Source: Dickeya dadantii NCPPB 898
Lineage (GTDB): Bacteria > Pseudomonadota > Gammaproteobacteria > Enterobacterales > Enterobacteriaceae
Reading direction: 5' to 3'
Length of the DNA: 32,000 nt
NCBI RefSeq assembly: GCF_000406145.1
Contig: NZ_CM001976.1
Span: forward strand, 2,674,379 to 2,706,378
The number at the start of each line of letters is the position of its first letter. The stretch's first letter is position 1. Position numbers and translations under genes: made by a program. Below are positions 28,075 through 32,000 of this stretch, piece after piece. The notes under the pieces were generated by a model. It worked only from the letters and a program-made list of their open reading frames with translations. It did no database searches and was not told where the DNA came from.

Positions 28075-28221
28075 CGCCTTACACCGGTGCGCCACGCCAC
28101 GGCGTGTTACCGTGATGCCAGGATCGCAATGCAAAGGCCGTGGTGCAAAGATCGGTGGGGCCATCCGCCACACAACCACGGCGAATTGTCTCACTGCGCG
28201 GGAAGACGCATGCTTCCCACC

Positions 28222-28863
28222 ATGAATACATACGAATATCTCTCCGAAATCCAGCGCGCGCTGCGTAACCTGATTCGTATCGGCGTCATCACCGAGGTCG
28301 ATACCCAACAGGCACGCTGCCGCGTGCAGACCGGTGGCATGGTCACCGGATGGCTCCACTGGCTGTCCCGTCGTGCGGGGAGTTCCCGCGAATGGTGGGC
28401 GCCGTCGGTGGGTGAACAGGTGTTATTGCTTGCAATAGGAGGCGAACTCAATACGGCATTTGTCTTACCGGGTATTTACAGCGAACATCATCCGGCCCCA
28501 TCGGCTTCTGCGGATGCCTGCCACATCCGCTTCCCTGATGGCGCGGTGATGGAATACGAGCCGGCCAACGGCGCGCTGACGGTCACCGGTATCAAGAGCG
28601 CGACGGTCGTCGCATCGGAATCGGTGACCGTCACCACGAAAAACGTCACCGTCAACGCCAGCCAACGCATCACGCTGGACACCCCGGAAGTCGTCTGTAC
28701 GCACAAATTAATCACCCAGACTATCGACGTGCAGCAAGGCGGCAGCATTACCGGCAGCGTCACCCACTCGGGGGGAAGCTTCTCCTCCAATGGCGTGGTG
28801 GTGCATACCCATCAGCATAGCGGCGTACAAAATGGCGGCGGCACAACAGGAGGACCTCTATGA
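28222..28863 (+). CDS. gpV: P2 baseplate spike/assembly protein V
   Basis: The sequence from the ATG at 28222 (MNTYEYLSEIQRALRNLIRIGVI...CRVQTGGM..WL.WL..RAG.SR.WWAPSVGEQVL) is colinear with P2 gpV, including C-terminal HTH.H.G..GGTTG.PL. The tracked start at 28087 is an extension. Confidence 0.92.
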   Translation: MNTYEYLSEIQRALRNLIRIGVITEVDTQQARCRVQTGGMVTGWLHWLSRRAGSSREWWAPSVGEQVLLLAIGGELNTAFVLPGIYSEHHPAPSASADACHIRFPDGAVMEYEPANGALTVTGIKSATVVASESVTVTTKNVTVNASQRITLDTPEVVCTHKLITQTIDVQQGGSITGSVTHSGGSFSSNGVVVHTHQHSGVQNGGGTTGGPL

Positions 28864-29210
28864 CCAGCACGTCATACACCGGCATGAATCGCAACACCGG
28901 CGGCAGCCTCAGCGATCTGGAACATTTGCGTCAAAGCGTGCGCGATATCCTGACCACCCCGCAAGGCAGCCGGGTCATGCGGCGCGATTACGGTTCGCTG
29001 CTTTCCACCCTGATCGACCAACCGCAAACGCCCGCGCTGAAGTTACAGGTGCAGGCGGCCTGCTATGTCGCCTTGCTGAAGTGGGAGCCGCGGCTGACGC
29101 TGACGTCCATCGCAATGGAAAGCCACTACGACGGCCAGTTGATTGTGGATATTTCCGGCACCCTGGCCGGCAACGGCACATCCCTTTCGTTAACCATTCC
29201 CGTGAGCTGA
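28860..29210 (+). CDS. gpW: P2 baseplate protein W (gp25-like)
   Basis: GMNR......DLEH..QS..DIL.TP.GSRVMRRDYGSLL...IDQPQTPAL and C-terminal LSLTIPVS match P2 gpW. ATGA overlap with gpV. Confidence 0.92.
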   Translation: MTSTSYTGMNRNTGGSLSDLEHLRQSVRDILTTPQGSRVMRRDYGSLLSTLIDQPQTPALKLQVQAACYVALLKWEPRLTLTSIAMESHYDGQLIVDISGTLAGNGTSLSLTIPVS

Positions 29211-29214
29211 GATC

Positions 29215-30123
29215 ATGCCTCTTATCGATTTAAGTCAGTTACCCGCCCCCAGCGTGGTCGAAACGCTGGATTATGAAACCCTGTACGCCACACGCAAAGA
29301 AACCCTGCTGTCGCTCTACAGCGCCGACGAGCGCGAAGCCATTGCGCGCGCCCTGACGCTGGAATCGGAGCCGATGGTGAAACTGCTGCAGGAAAACGCT
29401 TACCGCGAGCTGCTGCTGCGCCAGCGCATCAATGAAGCCGCTCAGGCCGGGATGTTGGCGTTTGCTCAGGGCAACGATCTGGACCAGTTGGGCGCCAACG
29501 TCAACGTCTCCCGACTGGTGATCACCCCGGCTGACAATACCACCGTTCCCCCGATCGCCGCCGTGATGGAGTCCGATACCGATTTCCGCCTGCGTATTCA
29601 GCAGGCTTACGAAGGCCTGAGCGTGGCCGGCTCCATCGGCGCCTACCAGTTCCACGGGCGCAGCGCCAGCGGTCAGGTAGCGGATATCTCGGTCATCAGC
29701 CCCGGTCCCGCTCAGGTGCTGGTGTCGGTCCTGTCGCGGGAAAACGACGGTACGGCCAGCGATACGCTGATCGCCACCGTCAATGCGGCGCTCAATGCCG
29801 AAGACGTTAGGCCGGTGGCCGACCGGGTTACCGTCCAATCGGCAGTGATCGTTCCTTACGATATCAATGCCACGCTTTACCTGTATCCCGGCCCGGAGGC
29901 CGAACCTATCCGCGCCACTGCCGAGAAGAAACTGCAGAGTTACGTCAGCACCCAGCATCGACTGGGCCGTGATATCCGCCGTTCCGCCATCTACGCCGCA
30001 CTGCATGTGGAAGGGGTTCAGCGGGTAGAACTGGCTCGTCCGGCGGCGGATATCGTGCTGGACGATACTCAGGCGTCGCACTGCACCGGCTATACCCTGA
30101 CGCTGGGGGGAACGGATGAATAA
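29215..30123 (+). CDS. gpJ: P2 baseplate protein J
   Basis: 302 aa. MPLIDLSQLPAP.VVE, ESEP.VKLL.ENAYRE, VMESDTD.RLRIQQA.EGLSVAGS.GAYQ.HGRSA and DVRPVADRVTVQSA match P2 gpJ. Confidence 0.93.
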   Translation: MPLIDLSQLPAPSVVETLDYETLYATRKETLLSLYSADEREAIARALTLESEPMVKLLQENAYRELLLRQRINEAAQAGMLAFAQGNDLDQLGANVNVSRLVITPADNTTVPPIAAVMESDTDFRLRIQQAYEGLSVAGSIGAYQFHGRSASGQVADISVISPGPAQVLVSVLSRENDGTASDTLIATVNAALNAEDVRPVADRVTVQSAVIVPYDINATLYLYPGPEAEPIRATAEKKLQSYVSTQHRLGRDIRRSAIYAALHVEGVQRVELARPAADIVLDDTQASHCTGYTLTLGGTDE

Positions 30124-30727
30124 AAGCCCCCTGCTGCCGCCCGGTTCATCGCCGCTGGAACACGCCGTTGCCGTCACCGGCGCCAGCCTGGAAACCGTGC
30201 CGATTCCCCTGCGCCAACTCTGGAATCCGGATACCTGCCCGGTCGAGCTGTTGCCTTATCTGGCCTGGACACTATCGGTTGACCGCTGGGATGAAAGCTG
30301 GACGGAAACCGTCAAACGCAAGGTCATCAGGGACGCGTTCTTTATCCACCGCCACAAGGGCACCATCGGCGCGCTGCGCCGGGTCGTTGAACCGCTGGGA
30401 TACCTGATTCGCATCAAGGAATGGTGGCAAACCGGCGACACTCCCGGCACCTTCCGGCTGGATATCGGTATTCAGGAATCCGGGATCACCGAAGAGTCCT
30501 TTCAGGAGCTGGAGCGCCTGATTGCCGACGCCAAACCGGTTAGCCGCCAGATGCTGGGGTTAAACATCAATCTGGACAGTTCCGGCCCACTGTTAATGGG
30601 CGCCGGCGCCTATAGCGGCGACGAACTCACCATCTACCCCTATTTCCCGGAAACCATCAGCGTTTCTGGCGAAGAGATCAATGGGGCGGCGATTCACCTG
30701 ATTGATGACATCTACGTCGGTGGTTGA
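30116..30727 (+). CDS. gpI: P2 baseplate/tail protein I
   Basis: LLP.GSSPLE, LWNPDTCP..LLP.LAW..SVDRWDE.W, HKGTIGA.RRVVEPLGYLI, PGTFRLDIG..ESGITE and RLIADAKP.SR match P2 gpI. 8-nt overlap with gpJ. Confidence 0.92.
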   Translation: MNKSPLLPPGSSPLEHAVAVTGASLETVPIPLRQLWNPDTCPVELLPYLAWTLSVDRWDESWTETVKRKVIRDAFFIHRHKGTIGALRRVVEPLGYLIRIKEWWQTGDTPGTFRLDIGIQESGITEESFQELERLIADAKPVSRQMLGLNINLDSSGPLLMGAGAYSGDELTIYPYFPETISVSGEEINGAAIHLIDDIYVGG

Positions 30728-30743
30728 TTTTCCCTCTCGTTCT

Positions 30744-30768
30744 AAGCCAGCCTGCGCTGGCTTTTTTT
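30744..30768 (+). terminator. Strong rho-independent terminator directly after gpI
   Basis: AAGCCAGC (30744-30751) pairs with GCTGGCTT (30756-30763) across a 4-nt loop. The T-run extends to 30768 (7 T). Confidence 0.85.
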
Positions 30769-30790
30769 ATGGCTGAATCGCCGCCGGATG

Positions 30791-30810
30791 TTGTCTCCCC
30801 CCGCTAACAA
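30791..30810 (+). promoter_or_regulatory. Candidate P2 Ogr/Delta-type late-promoter activator site (TGT-N12-ACA)
   Basis: TTGT-CTCCCCCCGCTA-ACAA has perfect dyad arms with a 12-nt spacer, centred at about 30800.5. A CATACT -10-like hexamer at 30844-30849 predicts a start near 30856, putting the dyad at about -55 as in P2 late promoters. Confidence 0.4.
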
Positions 30811-31086
30811 CGCCCGCCGGATGCGCCAACAGCGCCGACTTCGCATACTACCTCTACCCAGGCTGTGCCCCGGGTAACGCACTTCACGACCGACGCGGGC
30901 GCGCACCTACCCCGGTGCAGCGCCCATAACCTGATAACGCCTTTGGGCCTGCGCCCGCACCCAGATATCCGGCGACACAGCCTACCCACAGCCGGGCATA
31001 CCGGCTGGTCATCGCCCGTCGGCCAGCCCGGCTTCTCCGATGCCGCTCTGCGGCATCCTCTCCTGTCAACAAAATGAGTAATCTGC

Positions 31087-32000
31087 ATGAGTACAAAATA
31101 CTTTGCTTTACTGACGAACACCGGCGCGGCGAAGCTGGCTAACGCCACCGCGCTGGGTAGCCATCTGGCTATCACGCAAATGGCGGTGGGTGATGGCGGC
31201 GGCAGCCTGCCGACGCCGACACCCGCTCAAACCAAACTGGTCAATGAGAAACGCCGCGCCGCGCTCAACGCGCTAAGCATCGACCCGCAAAACACCAACC
31301 AGATCATGGCCGAGCAGGTAATTCCTGAGAATGAAGGCGGCTGGTGGATCCGCGAAATCGGTCTGTACGACAGCGACGGCGATCTGATCGCTGTCGCAAA
31401 CTGCGCCGAAACCTATAAACCGCAGTTGCAGGAAGGGTCCGGCCGGGTGCAAACCGTGCGCATGATCCTGATTGTCAGCACGACCGAAGCCATTACCCTG
31501 AAGATTGACCCGGCGGTGGTGCTGGCCACTCGTCAATACGTCGATGATAGCGCCATTCAGGTCAAGGCCTACGCCGACACTCAACTCAACGCACATCTTG
31601 CAGCCCCCAACCCTCACCCGCAGTACGCACCACTCAATAGTCCGGCGCTGACCGGCGCACCCACCGCGCCAACAGCGGAGAAAAGTGTGAACTCCACACA
31701 GCTGGCGACTACCGCGTTTGTCAAAAACGTCGCTCTGCTCAAAGAGCAGAACGGCGCCGACATCGCTAACAAATCCGCTTTTCTCGCAAACCTGGGTTTA
31801 AGCGACGTGCTGAAAAGCGCCGACCTGGCCGGCATCCCGCTGCCCTGGCCGCAGGCGACGCCACCGGCCGGCTGGCTGAAATGCAACGGTCAGGCGTTCG
31901 ACAAAAACGCCTTCCCCAAACTGGCGCTGGCGTACCCCGGCGGCGTCCTGCCGGATCTGCGCGGCGAATTTATTCGTGGCTGGGATGATGGGCGCGGGGC
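31087..32000 (+). CDS. gpH: P2 gpH-like tail fibre protein (3'-partial) with a phage tail-collar domain
   Basis: This ORF is not in the ORF track because it runs off the window. My hand translation from the ATG at 31087 is open to 32000. MSTKYFALLTNTGAAKLANA...ITQMAVGDGGG...GGWWIREIGLYD..G.LIAVAN.AE.YKP...EGSG matches the gpH N-terminus. LNSPALTGAPTAPTA is also conserved. The end carries the collar motif PAGWLKCNGQAFDKNAFPKLA...LPDLRGEFIRG. Confidence 0.9.
   Translation, partial: MSTKYFALLTNTGAAKLANATALGSHLAITQMAVGDGGGSLPTPTPAQTKLVNEKRRAALNALSIDPQNTNQIMAEQVIPENEGGWWIREIGLYDSDGDLIAVANCAETYKPQLQEGSGRVQTVRMILIVSTTEAITLKIDPAVVLATRQYVDDSAIQVKAYADTQLNAHLAAPNPHPQYAPLNSPALTGAPTAPTAEKSVNSTQLATTAFVKNVALLKEQNGADIANKSAFLANLGLSDVLKSADLAGIPLPWPQATPPAGWLKCNGQAFDKNAFPKLALAYPGGVLPDLRGEFIRGWDDGRG

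Larger units (their letters stand above)
20621..32000. mobile_element. P2/186-like prophage-derived element (tail module plus immunity/replication module; tailocin-like or defective), continuing past the window
   Basis: Contiguous homologues of 186-type CI, TraR-like protein, gpA, gpX, gpR, gpV, gpW, gpJ, gpI and gpH. There is an AT-rich boundary at 20050-20620. No capsid, lysis or integrase genes are seen. Confidence 0.8.

Noticed and set aside
28075-28221. P2 PV-type late promoter or gpS remnant upstream of gpV
   Set aside because: No TGT-N12-ACA dyad was found (only ACA-N12-TGT at 28172-28189, which is the wrong polarity). No frame gives a gpS-like peptide that I can recognise.
27745-28359. 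204-aa minus-strand ORF spanning the orphan gene / gpV junction
   Set aside because: It overlaps two plus-strand genes, one of them a clear gpV homologue. There are no start signals and the composition is Arg/Gly-rich.
29239-30177. 312-aa minus-strand ORF
   Set aside because: It lies antisense to gpJ, which matches P2 gpJ end to end. It is a shadow ORF.
30804-31175. ORFs in the gpI-gpH gap (30865..31077 plus strand; 30804..31175 and 30884..31096 minus strand)
   Set aside because: The products are Pro/Arg/His/Gly-rich with no RBS. The minus-strand ORFs run into the gpH start. The region is treated as non-coding leader.
31087-32000. Diversity-generating retroelement or invertible (Cin/Gin-type) tail-fibre switch
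   Set aside because: No reverse transcriptase, invertase, template/variable repeat pair or crossover-site inverted repeats are visible in the window. The 3' part of the fibre gene lies outside the window, so this cannot be assessed.

Overview
The window looks like an Enterobacterales chromosome. A Pectobacteriaceae or Dickeya-like origin is only an inference from GC content and synteny. Bases 1-20,000 are conserved core. They hold a 5'-partial MBL-fold hydrolase, then narK divergent from narX-narL (perfect FNR box and NarL-type heptamers in the shared control region), then an acyltransferase-3 membrane protein and a DUF481 outer-membrane protein. Next comes the E. coli-like block prc-proQ-msrC(yebR) / letA(yebS)-letB(yebT)-rsmF(yebU)-[267-bp ERIC element]-yebW, followed by a methyl-accepting chemotaxis protein. 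After a 570-bp AT-rich spacer, bases ~20,600-32,000 are a P2/186-like element with an unusual composition. It contains a CI-type repressor with a duplicated HTH domain, early ORFs, a TraR-like zinc finger, replication endonuclease gpA and a LexA-box-controlled small ORF. Tail genes X and R follow directly, then an orphan gene in an AT-rich island, then V, W, J, I, a 359-bp non-coding gap and the tail-fibre gene H, which runs off the window. No capsid, terminase, lysis, gpS or integrase genes are visible where P2 has them, so the element is either a tailocin-like locus or a decayed prophage. The most interesting items are the SOS box with a candidate antirepressor, the tandem-HTH repressor, the orphan TauD/CAS-like gene replacing gpS, the terminator plus Ogr-type dyad in front of the fibre gene, and an ambiguous coding region at 21.6-22.1 kb. 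All homology statements are by-eye comparisons with sequences recalled from memory. No database search was run.
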